From an uncultured Rhodospirillales bacterium (GTDB lineage: Bacteria > Pseudomonadota > Alphaproteobacteria > CAAGCB01 > CAG-977): a stretch of 64,000 bases of DNA. Under the pieces are notes generated by a model that had not been told where the DNA came from, did not search any database, and saw nothing but the letters and a program-made list of their open reading frames with translations. The DNA is taken from positions 4,125 to 68,124 of the forward strand of contig CACYSU010000004.1 of NCBI GenBank assembly GCA_902777205.1, read 5' to 3'. Every line of letters starts with the position of its first letter. The stretch's first letter is position 1. The position numbers and the translations under genes are program-made. Of the stretch, positions 36,711 to 46,177 are shown piece after piece.

Positions 36711-37823
36711 TCAGTTGGATTTCATTTCGGCTTCGGCCGCGGCGATCGCGGCTTTGTTTTCGGCGACGTTCTTTTTCAGCTGTTCCAAATTGATCTGCGG
36801 CTTTTCCTTTTGCGATTCCAATCGGGCGCCCAACACCAGATCGGTGTTCAAAACGCGCGCGGAATACGATGTCATCGCCGATTGAACCGCCGCGACATCC
36901 GGCATATTCCGCCCGTCGATCTGCGCCGAATCAAAACGGAAACCGGTCAATTCCTGACGTTTCAGCCCCTCCGCCGTTTCCAGCCCCAGCTCCGGCTTTT
37001 CAAACGCCAGCGTGTCCGCCGCGAAAACCTTCGACCGAACGATATTGTTTAAAATCGCTTCGTTGATGATCGTTTCGGACCGCAGCTTGGTGATTTCCAG
37101 CTTTTCCAGCTTGCCTTTGCGTTCTTTCAAAAAAGCGGCGATATCGCCCGCGGCCGTCATTTTGGAAATTTCGATCTTGCCTTTTTTCACGGCGTTTTCG
37201 TCCCAAACGGGAATTTCCATTTTCCGCGCGGACAGCTCGCCGTCTTTGGTCATCGGCGTTCCGTTCGATTCACCGATGTTCAAACCGCGCACGACGATTT
37301 CCGCCGCCGTCATCACATACGGCACTTTGCGCCCCCGCGCGTCGGTTTTGACTGGCACGATTTTCAATCCGGTGACGGACAGGGAATCCCCCGCCGTGTT
37401 ATAGGACGCGTTCGCGAACTGCGCGTCGTATTCGTCGTCGGACAGGAAAGCCTTGAAATTCTCGACGGCTTTTTTGGACGCCGCCTCGTTGATTTCATCC
37501 TTTGACGGCCCCGTATAGACGCGGCGTTTGAACGTCGTGCGCTTGGGTTCCCTGACGGCCTTTTCCTTTTTCAAATCGGCCGCCGTCCGGACTTTTTTCC
37601 GGTCGGATCGAAAATACGGGTTGGACGAGGAATCGTCGTCCCAAATGGATTTCGGCTGTTCCGCGGCCTTTTGTTCCGGCGTTTTAATCCCCTGCCGTTC
37701 GCGGGATATGCGCATCAGACGGTCGTGCGGGGATTCCGTTTTCGCCGCCGATCCGGTTTCAACGCCGAACACCGCGAAAAACAAAACAAAAGCGGACAGA
37801 AAGACAACACTTTTCGATTTCAT
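36711..37823 (-). CDS. Secreted protein of unknown function (first gene of the T4CP operon)
   Basis: 370 aa with a signal peptide (MKSKSVVFLSAFVLFFAVFGVETGSA). The N-terminal region is Lys-rich. No motif recognised. Confidence 0.6.
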   Translation of the reverse strand: MKSKSVVFLSAFVLFFAVFGVETGSAAKTESPHDRLMRISRERQGIKTPEQKAAEQPKSIWDDDSSSNPYFRSDRKKVRTAADLKKEKAVREPKRTTFKRRVYTGPSKDEINEAASKKAVENFKAFLSDDEYDAQFANASYNTAGDSLSVTGLKIVPVKTDARGRKVPYVMTAAEIVVRGLNIGESNGTPMTKDGELSARKMEIPVWDENAVKKGKIEISKMTAAGDIAAFLKERKGKLEKLEITKLRSETIINEAILNNIVRSKVFAADTLAFEKPELGLETAEGLKRQELTGFRFDSAQIDGRNMPDVAAVQSAMTSYSARVLNTDLVLGARLESQKEKPQINLEQLKKNVAENKAAIAAAEAEMKSN

Positions 37824-37888
37824 TAAAACGCCCTTTCAAAAACGTCTGCGCTTTCTCTTTTATACCAAGAAAACCCCGCCCTGCCCAC

Positions 37889-37929
37889 AAAATAATAAAG
37901 CCGCCGGAGAAAACATTTTCCCCGACGGC
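37889..37929 (-). terminator. Intrinsic terminator after the downstream pepN paralog
   Basis: On the - strand RNA, an 11-bp stem GCCGUCGGGGA/UCUCCGGCGGC (two G-U pairs) is followed by UUUAUUAUUUU. Confidence 0.65.
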
Positions 37930-37948
37930 CTTGAACGGATGAAAAAAA

Positions 37949-40786
37949 TCAGCGTTCCTTGATTTTCGTCGCGGCGATCGCGGCCGCGACATCCGGTTTG
38001 CGCGCGCCGTTCATCCCGCGGGCGTAAGCGGCTTCCTTGCCCGCCCGTGCGCCGGAAGTGTAGGTTTTGACGGGTCCGCGCTTCATAAACGCGTCCGTTT
38101 TGGCGCGTTTTTGCAGCTTCGCCCTGTTTTCCAGAATACGGGTCTTTTTCGCGCCCGTGTCGTCCAAGGATTTGGAAACGACTTCGTAAACGTTCTTGGA
38201 CAAACCGGGTTTGGCCAGAACCTTTTCCAAAGCGGCTTTCATCATCCCCTGACGTTCGGGATCGAATTTGCGCCAAGAAGTCAGCGGCTTGACCGTGTCC
38301 GCGGCGACCAGCGGGTTCAGCCCGTCCAGCTTGACCGCCATATCGGCGACGAATTCGTAACCGGAACCGTCCTTGGCGTGGAAAGCCGTCTGGTTGGCCG
38401 AGAATTTGCGCATGACGGAACGCACTTTGTTCGGGTTGGTAATCGCGAAAGATTCGTGCGCGACGGCCTTTTTCGCCCCGTCCAGACTTTCGGCGGCGAC
38501 GACGCCCAGCCATTTGTTGACGACCAGCTCCTCGTCCTTGAAACGGTTGTAGAAATCTTCGACGACTTCCTTGCCCGCCTTGGAACCGGCGGCGATGCTC
38601 ATCGCGGCGAACCGGTCGGTCATGTTGTTCGCCTTTTCGTACTGCTTTGTCACGCGGGCGATATGCTCCGGTTTTTCGGTCGAAGCCAGATACCCCAAAG
38701 CCGTGTTTTTCAACGCGCGTTCGCCGGCGTCTTTGGCGACGGGTTTGAACGGCTTTTCAACGTCCAAAGCGTCGTAAACGCGGGTCAGGTCGCCCTCGAA
38801 CCGTTCGACGAAAGCCTTTGACACGGCCTTGCGCGCCTTGGCGATCGCGTCAACGTCAACAACGTCCATCTGGTCGGCGATGTATTTTTCGCTCGGCAGC
38901 TCCAACGCTTTGGCGACAAAAGCCTTGTCCAGCGACGGATCTTTCAGATAAGAACCAAGCGCGTCCAAATACTTTTCATCGACGTGCGGTTCCTTGCCGT
39001 CCTGAATATCCTTGACCATCGCCAGCATTTTCTTCACGCCGTACTGCTGCGCCGCGTCCCACCGGTTGAACAGGTCGGAATCGTGCGCCATCAGGTGCGC
39101 GCGTTCCGCGTCCGTGTAATCCATGTGGAAATTGATCGGCGCGGTAAAGTCGCGGTTCGCGGACAGAACGGGCTTTTCCTTGACGTTGACAAAGGTCAGA
39201 GTCGCTTCGTCCTTGTCCAGAATCATCACGCGCGAAGTCCCCTGCGGTTCCTTTTCGCCCGCCAGCTGCAGCGGCATATCCTTGCCGTCCGCGCCCAGCA
39301 GCCCCATTTCCATCGGAATGACGAACGGCAGCTTCGTATCCTGCCCCGGCGTCGGCTTCGTCGCCTGACGCAGTTTCAGGGTATAGGTCTGCGCCCTTTC
39401 ATCGTATTCCCCTTCGGCGAACACGGACGGCGTTCCGGCCTGCGAATACCAGCGTTTGAACTGCGTCAAATCCATGCCGGACACGTCCTCCATGCATTTG
39501 GCGTAATCGTCGATCGTGACGGCTTTTCCGTCGTTGCGCGTAAAGTGCAGGTCGTTGGCTTCGCGGAATTTTTCCTTGCCCAGCATTTTTTCGTACATAC
39601 GCACGATTTCCGCGCCTTTGTTGTAAATCGTCGATGTGTAAAAGTTGTTGATTTCCACATACGATTCCGGACGCACGGCGTGGGCGGTGGGTCCCGCGTC
39701 CTCGGCGAACTGGCCGGCGCGCAGGGACGAAACGTTTTCAATGCGGTTCACGGAACGCGAACGCATATCGCGCGAAAATTCCTGATCGCGGTAAACGGTC
39801 AAGCCTTCTTTCAACGACAGGTTGAACCAATCGCGCACGGTCACGCGGTCGCCCGACCAGTTGTGGAAATATTCGTGGCCGACGACGCCTTCGATCCCCG
39901 CGTAATCGTGGTCGGTCGCGGTGTGGGCGTCGGCGATGACGTACGCGCTGTTAAAGATGTTCAGCCCTTTGTTTTCCATCGCGCCCTGATTGAAATCGGA
40001 CACGGCGACCAGATTGAACAGGTCGAGGTCGTATTCGCGGCCGAACGCCTTTTCGTCCCACGCCATCGACCGCTTGATCGAATCCATGGTGTAGTCCAGC
40101 TTGTCCTTTTGCCCTTTGTTCGCATAGACGCCCAAAGTGACTTCGCGCCCCGACATCGTGACGAATTTGTCGTTGATGTAATCCAGATCGCCGCCGACCA
40201 AAGCGAACAGATAGGACGGTTTGGGGAACGGGTCGTTCCACGTCACCGCCGTGCGGCCGTCGTCCATTTTTTCCTCTTTGATCAGGTTGCCGTTCGACAG
40301 CAGACAGGGCAGCTTTTCCTTGTCCGCGCGCAGGGTCGTCGTGAAAACGCTCATCACGTCGGGATGGTCGGGATAATAGGTGATGCGGCGGAATCCCTCG
40401 GGTTCGCATTGGGTGCAGAACATCCCGTTCGACACGTACAGCCCCTCCAGCTTCGTATTGGCCTTGGGGTGGATTTCCGTGCCGATCGACAGCTCGAATT
40501 CCGCGGGCGGGTTCAAAATCGTCAGCCCCTTGTCGTCAACGACGTATTCTTCGGGCTTCAGCGCGCGGCCGTCAATGGCGATCCCCGTCAAAGTCAGTTC
40601 GTCCCCGTCCAGATGCAGCGGCCGGACTTCGCCGGTCGAAACATCGTAATCGCTTTTGACTTTCAGGGTCGAAGCGACCTGCGTGTTTTCCTCGTCCAGA
40701 TCGAAATCCAGATGAACGGATTCGATTTTGTAATCGGGCTTTTTGTAATCTTTTAAATGTTTGACTTTCGGTGTGTTTTCGGCCAT
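37949..40786 (-). CDS. pepN: Aminopeptidase N (M1 family) with a 69-aa basic C-terminal extension
   Basis: GAMENKGLNIF, HEYFHNWSGDRVT and WFNLSLKEG motifs. 945 aa. GGAGGA SD present. Confidence 0.93.
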   Translation of the reverse strand: MAENTPKVKHLKDYKKPDYKIESVHLDFDLDEENTQVASTLKVKSDYDVSTGEVRPLHLDGDELTLTGIAIDGRALKPEEYVVDDKGLTILNPPAEFELSIGTEIHPKANTKLEGLYVSNGMFCTQCEPEGFRRITYYPDHPDVMSVFTTTLRADKEKLPCLLSNGNLIKEEKMDDGRTAVTWNDPFPKPSYLFALVGGDLDYINDKFVTMSGREVTLGVYANKGQKDKLDYTMDSIKRSMAWDEKAFGREYDLDLFNLVAVSDFNQGAMENKGLNIFNSAYVIADAHTATDHDYAGIEGVVGHEYFHNWSGDRVTVRDWFNLSLKEGLTVYRDQEFSRDMRSRSVNRIENVSSLRAGQFAEDAGPTAHAVRPESYVEINNFYTSTIYNKGAEIVRMYEKMLGKEKFREANDLHFTRNDGKAVTIDDYAKCMEDVSGMDLTQFKRWYSQAGTPSVFAEGEYDERAQTYTLKLRQATKPTPGQDTKLPFVIPMEMGLLGADGKDMPLQLAGEKEPQGTSRVMILDKDEATLTFVNVKEKPVLSANRDFTAPINFHMDYTDAERAHLMAHDSDLFNRWDAAQQYGVKKMLAMVKDIQDGKEPHVDEKYLDALGSYLKDPSLDKAFVAKALELPSEKYIADQMDVVDVDAIAKARKAVSKAFVERFEGDLTRVYDALDVEKPFKPVAKDAGERALKNTALGYLASTEKPEHIARVTKQYEKANNMTDRFAAMSIAAGSKAGKEVVEDFYNRFKDEELVVNKWLGVVAAESLDGAKKAVAHESFAITNPNKVRSVMRKFSANQTAFHAKDGSGYEFVADMAVKLDGLNPLVAADTVKPLTSWRKFDPERQGMMKAALEKVLAKPGLSKNVYEVVSKSLDDTGAKKTRILENRAKLQKRAKTDAFMKRGPVKTYTSGARAGKEAAYARGMNGARKPDVAAAIAATKIKER

Positions 40787-40908
40787 TTCATCCTCCGCAG
40801 CCAGCGGTTCCGTTAAAATTTGTTTTCCAATTTAGCGGCTTTTTTTGTCCAAAACAAGTAAAAAAGCACTTTGCCGCCGACGTTTTCCGTTCCGTCGGAC
40901 AAAGCGCG

Positions 40909-40947
40909 AAAAAAAAACGCCGCCCCGAAACGGAAAGCGGCGTTTTT
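40909..40947 (-). terminator. Intrinsic terminator between the two pepN paralogs
   Basis: ACGCCGC...GCGGCGT stem with an inner CCG-AAA-CGG hairpin, followed by U9 on the - strand. Confidence 0.8.
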
Positions 40948-40963
40948 CATTGAAGGGGCGCCC

Positions 40964-43627
40964 TTAATCGGCCAGCGATTTGGACACCAGTTCGTAAACG
41001 TTTTTGCTCAGCCCCTCTTTGTTCAGGACTTTTTGCAGCGCGGCTTTCATCATTTCCTGCCGCTTTTCGTCGAACCGTTTCCAACGCATCATCGGCCGCA
41101 CCATGTGGCACGCCATTTGCGGGTTGAAATCGTCCACCTTGACCGCCATTTCGGCCGCCAAAGCGTACCCCGACCCGTCGGCCTTGTGGAATTCCGGCTG
41201 GTTGTAGGCGAACCCGCCCATCAGCGAACGCAGCTTGTTCGGGTTTTTGATGTTGAAGGCGGGGTGTTCCATCAGCTTTCTGACCACCGAAACCGCGTCG
41301 GGGCGGTCGGCGCAGGCGCACGAAAACAGCCATTTGTTGATCACGCCGTCGTCGTGTTTGTAACGCTGATAGAAATCCTCCATGATTTCGTCGCGCTTCG
41401 GGTCTTTGGAATTCGAACAGATGTTCATCGCCGCCAGCCGGTCGGACATATTGTCGGCGTCGAAATACTGCTTTTGCACCATTTGGTCGATTTCCTCGAT
41501 TTCCAGATTGCCCAAAAACGACAAAGCCATGTTTTTCAGCGACCGCTTCGCCGCGTCGGCCGTCGTGAAGCGATAGGGTTCCGCGCTGGTGTCGTTTTCG
41601 CGGTACACCGCCAGCAATTCCTGCTTATAGCGGGTCGCCAGCGTTTTTTTGATTTGCGCGCGCACGACGTGGATCGCATCGACATCGACGACATCCATTT
41701 TTTCCGCCATATAGTTTTCCTGCGGCAGGGTGATCAGCCGCGCGACATAGGCGGGGCTTTCGGTTCTATTGACCAGATATTCGCCCCACAGCTTGACGTA
41801 TTCCTCGTCCAAAGCGGGCTCTTTTTCGCCGTTTTGAACCGCCTTGATCATTTTCAGCATCAGCTTGATCGCGTATTGCTGCGACGCGTCCCACCGGTTG
41901 AACAGGTCGGAATCGTACCGCGCCTGATGAATCCGCTGTTCGTCGGTGTAATCCATCACGAAATTGATCGGGGCGGTGAAATCGCGGTTCGCGGACAGGA
42001 CGGGTTCTTCGGCGACATCGACGAACGTGAACGTCTGTTCGGGTTCGCGCAAAACGATGATGCGCGACGTTCCGGCCGCCTTTTCCTCGCCTTCCGGCCG
42101 CAGGGGCATATCCTTGCCGTCCGCGCCGATCAAACCGATACCCAGCGGAATCACGAACGGCAGCTTTTCGGGCTGGTTCGGCGTGGGCTTCGTTTCCTGT
42201 TTCAGCGTCAGGACGTATTTTTTCGCCGCCGCGTCATAAACCGCCGAAGCCGTCACGGTCGGCGTCCCCGCCTGCGAATACCAGCGTTTGAACTGCGTCA
42301 GATCGGCGTGGTTGGCGTCCTCCTGACATTTGGCGAAATCGTCGATCGTCACCGCCTGCCCGTCGTGGCGCGTAAAGTACAGCGTGCATCCTTTCAGGAA
42401 ATTTTCCTTGCCGAACAGCTTTTCGTACATCCGGATGACCTCCGCGCCCTTGTCATACACGGTCGCGGTGTAATAGTTGTTGATTTCCAGATAAGCCTCC
42501 GGCCGCACGGAATGAGCCAAAGGACCGGCGTCTTCGGGGAACTGGCGGGTGCGCAGGTCGAACACGTCGTTGATGCGGTTCAGGGAACGGTTGTGCATAT
42601 CGCGCGAAAATTCCTGATCGCGGTAAACGGTGAATCCCTCTTTCAATGACAGATTGAACCAATCGCGCGCGGTCACGCGGTCGCCCGACCAGTTGTGGAA
42701 ATATTCGTGGGCGATGACGCCTTCGACGTGGGCGAAATCAATGTCCGTGCCGACATCTTTGTTCACCAGCGCGCAGGACGTGTTGAAAATATTCAGCCCC
42801 TTGTTTTCCATCGCGCCCATGTTGAAATAGGACACGGCGACGATGTTGAACAGGTCGAGGTCGTATTCCAACCCGAACACGTCTTCGTCCCATTTCATCG
42901 CGCGTTTCAAGGATTCCAGCGCGAACGCGGCCTGATTTTCGTACCCGTGTTCGACATAGATCCCCAACTTGACATCGCGCCCCGATTTCGTTTTATAGGC
43001 GTCGTGCAGGGACGCCAGATCGCCGCCGACGATCGCGAACAGATAGCACGGCTTTTTGAACGGATCGTTCCACACGACCTTGTGCCGTCCGTCGGGCAGG
43101 TCGGCCGTTTCGACCGGATTTCCGTTTGACAGCAGGATGGGGTACTTTTTCTTGTCCGCGATCAAGGTGGTGGTGAAACTGCTCATCACGTCGGGATGGT
43201 CGAGGTAATAGGTGATGCACCGGAAACCTTCGGGTTCGTTTTGCGTGCACAGCGTGCCGTTGGAATAATACAGCCCCTCCAGCTGTGTGTTGGCCTTGGG
43301 GTGGATTTCCGTGCCGATTTCCAGCGTGAATTTTTCGGGCGGATTGAAAACGGTCAGCGATTTCGGCGCGACTTCGTATTCGTCGGGCTTCAATTCGCGG
43401 CCGTCCATTTTAATATATTTGAACGTCAGCCGGTTGCCGTCCAGAACCAGCGGGCGCACCCCCGCCGACCGGTCGTAATCGGACACGATTTCCAACGTGG
43501 ACGCGACCTGCGTGTCGTCTTCGTCCAAATCGAACACCAGATTGATCGAATCGATTTTGAAATCGGGCTTTTTATAGTCTTTCAAGTACTTCATTGCAGG
43601 CTTTTCTGCCGTTTTCGCTTCAAACAT
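40964..43627 (-). CDS. pepN: Aminopeptidase N (M1 family), canonical-length paralog
   Basis: GAMENKGLNIF, HEYFHNWSGDRVT and WFNLSLKEG motifs. Ends at the canonical ...VYELVSKSLAD. The ATG at 43627 (AAGGA SD 5 nt upstream) is preferred over the TTG at 43645. Confidence 0.93.
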   Translation of the reverse strand: MFEAKTAEKPAMKYLKDYKKPDFKIDSINLVFDLDEDDTQVASTLEIVSDYDRSAGVRPLVLDGNRLTFKYIKMDGRELKPDEYEVAPKSLTVFNPPEKFTLEIGTEIHPKANTQLEGLYYSNGTLCTQNEPEGFRCITYYLDHPDVMSSFTTTLIADKKKYPILLSNGNPVETADLPDGRHKVVWNDPFKKPCYLFAIVGGDLASLHDAYKTKSGRDVKLGIYVEHGYENQAAFALESLKRAMKWDEDVFGLEYDLDLFNIVAVSYFNMGAMENKGLNIFNTSCALVNKDVGTDIDFAHVEGVIAHEYFHNWSGDRVTARDWFNLSLKEGFTVYRDQEFSRDMHNRSLNRINDVFDLRTRQFPEDAGPLAHSVRPEAYLEINNYYTATVYDKGAEVIRMYEKLFGKENFLKGCTLYFTRHDGQAVTIDDFAKCQEDANHADLTQFKRWYSQAGTPTVTASAVYDAAAKKYVLTLKQETKPTPNQPEKLPFVIPLGIGLIGADGKDMPLRPEGEEKAAGTSRIIVLREPEQTFTFVDVAEEPVLSANRDFTAPINFVMDYTDEQRIHQARYDSDLFNRWDASQQYAIKLMLKMIKAVQNGEKEPALDEEYVKLWGEYLVNRTESPAYVARLITLPQENYMAEKMDVVDVDAIHVVRAQIKKTLATRYKQELLAVYRENDTSAEPYRFTTADAAKRSLKNMALSFLGNLEIEEIDQMVQKQYFDADNMSDRLAAMNICSNSKDPKRDEIMEDFYQRYKHDDGVINKWLFSCACADRPDAVSVVRKLMEHPAFNIKNPNKLRSLMGGFAYNQPEFHKADGSGYALAAEMAVKVDDFNPQMACHMVRPMMRWKRFDEKRQEMMKAALQKVLNKEGLSKNVYELVSKSLAD

Positions 43628-43699
43628 AATCATCCTTTCGCACAAGCAATTTACCTATTACTTAGCGTATTTCGCGGGTAAATCAAGGGAAATAAAAGT

Positions 43700-44335
43700 T
43701 TATTTCAACCGGATCGTCCGGCACGAAGCGGGCTGCGCGCCGTACGCGTTTTCGCCGACCGATCCTTTGGCGAAACACAGGTAAACGCAGAACACGGCCG
43801 CCAGCCCCGTAAACGCCAGCAGTCCGTAAACGGCCGCCGTCCCGATGAACGGCAGGTTCAAAACACGCGCCAGAACCAACGTTGTCAGCACGCTTAAAAA
43901 CGCCGTCAAAGCCAGCCAGAACGCCGACGCGCCGGAATCGTGAAACCGTTTGACCGCGACGGACAGAAAAGCATACGTCGCCAAAACGCCGCCCGCGGTG
44001 GAAAACGACGGAATGCCCGACCACGTCGCGCACACGGCGAAAACGGGCAGGAACAAAACGGCGCACGCGAAAAACGCGATCATCTGGTCGCGCGACGCGC
44101 GCCCGCGCCACGAAAACAGGAACCAGAACAGCCAATCCAGCTTCGCCGCGAACGGCGTGCGCAAAACATACACGTCCGCAGCGGCGTTTTCGCGAATCTC
44201 GAAATCGACCTGCGCCCCGACCGGCGGCACGCCGGCCGGACAGGATTGCAAAGCGAAGCCGTACCGTTTGCCGTCGTCGCCGGCGACCACACCCGAATCG
44301 GATTTCAAATCCATGAACAGAACCGTTCCCCGCAT
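43700..44335 (-). CDS. DUF805 family inner-membrane protein with a small N-terminal soluble domain
   Basis: The VAVKRFHDSG motif and 4 TM helices are typical of DUF805 (YhaH/YhaI-like). Confidence 0.75.
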   Translation of the reverse strand: MRGTVLFMDLKSDSGVVAGDDGKRYGFALQSCPAGVPPVGAQVDFEIRENAAADVYVLRTPFAAKLDWLFWFLFSWRGRASRDQMIAFFACAVLFLPVFAVCATWSGIPSFSTAGGVLATYAFLSVAVKRFHDSGASAFWLALTAFLSVLTTLVLARVLNLPFIGTAAVYGLLAFTGLAAVFCVYLCFAKGSVGENAYGAQPASCRTIRLK

Positions 44336-44410
44336 CGCATCCTCCGCATTATAAAAAAGTGTTGCATTTCATTCCCGCCGCGCCTTATCTGGACGGGAAA
44401 GGGTTTGATT

Positions 44411-45418
44411 ATGACTTTAACCGAAAAACTGGCGCAATGGTATGAAAAAAACGGACGCGACCTGCCCTGGCGCGCAAAAGGCGGCGCGCACCCCGATCCT
44501 TACGCCGTTTGGGTTTCGGAAATCATGTTGCAGCAAACGACGGTCAAAACGGTCGCGCCGTATTTCGACCGGTTCATGAAACGCTTTCCGACGGTCGAAA
44601 CGCTGGCCGCCGCCCCCGTTGACGACGTGCTGCTGCTGTGGCAGGGGCTGGGATATTACACCCGCGCGCGCAAACTGCATGAATGTGCGCGGGTCGTCGT
44701 TGAACGGTACGGCGGAAAGTTTCCGGCCGACCGCGCCGCGCTGAAAAAGCTGCCCGGAATCGGGCCTTATACGTCGGCGGCGATCGCTTCGTTCGGTTTC
44801 AACCTGCCCGAAGCCGTCGTTGACGGCAACGTGATCCGCGTGCTGACCCGATTGAACGGGTGGACGCGGCCGGTCGCGCAAATCGCGAACGACATCGAAT
44901 CGTTCGCCGCGACGCTGACAAAGCAATCCGCCTGCCCCGCCGACCACGCGTCGGCCATAATGGATTTGGGGGCGAACGTCTGCACCCCGCGCGCGCCGCT
45001 GTGCGCTTTCTGCCCGTGGAACGCGGATTGCGCGGCCTTTAAATATGGTTTGACGGAAACGATCCCGAACATCGCGAAATTGAAAAAGGCCGTTAAGAAA
45101 GGATATGTGTTCTGGATCGAAAACGCGGCCGGCGACGTGTTCGTGCGCAAACGCGCGGAAAAAGGGTTGCTGTCCGGATTGACGGAATTTCCGTGGAACA
45201 CGGACGAAACCCTGCCGTTCGCGGCGGATTGGACGGTGACGGGCGAAACGGTCGGCCACGTTTTCACGCATTTCGATTTGACGCTGACGGTTGTTCGGGC
45301 GCAGGTTGAACACCCCGATACGGACGGATTTTTCATCCCCCGCGAAAAATTCAAGGATCACCCGTTTTCGACATTGATGAAAAAAGTCGCGGCGCGAATG
45401 GAAAAACGCGGCCGGTGA
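44411..45418 (+). CDS. mutY: A/G-specific adenine DNA glycosylase
   Basis: LPWR...PYAVWVSEIMLQQT, the HhH-GPD motif LPGIGPYTSAAI, the 4Fe-4S Cys cluster CTPRAPLCAFCPWNADC and a NUDIX-like C-terminal domain. Confidence 0.9.
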   Translation: MTLTEKLAQWYEKNGRDLPWRAKGGAHPDPYAVWVSEIMLQQTTVKTVAPYFDRFMKRFPTVETLAAAPVDDVLLLWQGLGYYTRARKLHECARVVVERYGGKFPADRAALKKLPGIGPYTSAAIASFGFNLPEAVVDGNVIRVLTRLNGWTRPVAQIANDIESFAATLTKQSACPADHASAIMDLGANVCTPRAPLCAFCPWNADCAAFKYGLTETIPNIAKLKKAVKKGYVFWIENAAGDVFVRKRAEKGLLSGLTEFPWNTDETLPFAADWTVTGETVGHVFTHFDLTLTVVRAQVEHPDTDGFFIPREKFKDHPFSTLMKKVAARMEKRGR

Positions 45419-45423
45419 AAAGT

Positions 45424-45465
45424 CGGCGGCAACGAAAATGTCACGAAAAGCCGCCGTTTATTTTC
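45424..45465 (+). terminator. Candidate intrinsic terminator after mutY
   Basis: CGGCGGC...GCCGCCG stem (19-nt loop) followed by TTTATTTT. Confidence 0.55.
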
Positions 45466-45529
45466 TGGACAGATTTAAATTTTCGTTTAAAATGAAATTA
45501 AGAATGAATTTTTTTAAGGAGGGAACCTC

Positions 45530-46159
45530 ATGAAGAAATTGTTTTTAACCGTTCTGGCGACCGTAATTTGCATGGCATCCGGCGCAAACGCCATCCTTAA
45601 TTCGGACATTGAAAAACAGTACGAATTCCAGCGTGTATGCGAAGTGTGTCCGTATGCGGATCAAGATATGTGCCGGAATTGGACACCCGATTGCCCCGAT
45701 GAAGAGAAATCCTGCCTTTACAATACGCTGGCGGCCTGCAATGCCAAATGTTCCGCCGGCACCTGCAAAATAAACACCTCCGGTTGCTATGAATGCTATC
45801 TGACCTTGAAATGCAACGGATCGAATCAGTATTTGACCGAAACTTTGTGCAAAAACGCCAACACCGGCGTCGGCACGTGCAAACAGGACAGCTCCAACAA
45901 CTGTTGGTATTTTGTCGCGGGATTATGCCCGTTTGAAACACTGATGGAGTGTTCATCAAGTTGCTCGGGAACCTGCCGGACGACCATAAACGGATGCTAT
46001 ATGTGCACAATTGACATCGGATTGACAACGGGCGGCGACGATTCCGGCAGCGACGACAGCGACGACACCGGCACGACGGCCGACACGAACACGGTTTCCG
46101 GCAGCTGTCCGACGGGGACGAAAAAATCCGCCGACGGTTGTTGTTGTGTTCCCAACTGA
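45530..46159 (+). CDS. Secreted cysteine-rich protein (24 Cys in the mature part)
   Basis: Signal peptide ending ASGANA. AAGGAGG SD present. Duplicated C-x3-C-S-x-GTC-x5-GCY-x-C motif, an acidic Ser/Asp/Thr linker and a C-terminal GCCC motif. Confidence 0.7.
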   Translation: MKKLFLTVLATVICMASGANAILNSDIEKQYEFQRVCEVCPYADQDMCRNWTPDCPDEEKSCLYNTLAACNAKCSAGTCKINTSGCYECYLTLKCNGSNQYLTETLCKNANTGVGTCKQDSSNNCWYFVAGLCPFETLMECSSSCSGTCRTTINGCYMCTIDIGLTTGGDDSGSDDSDDTGTTADTNTVSGSCPTGTKKSADGCCCVPN

Positions 46160-46177
46160 TTTTCCAAGGAGGGGAAA

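Noticed and set aside
33080-37823. Interpretation as part of a conjugative plasmid, ICE or complete type IV secretion system.
   Set aside because: Only the coupling-ATPase homolog is present. No VirB/Trb/Tra channel genes, relaxase, oriT-like features, integrase or partition genes occur in the 64 kb, and the composition matches the flanking chromosome.
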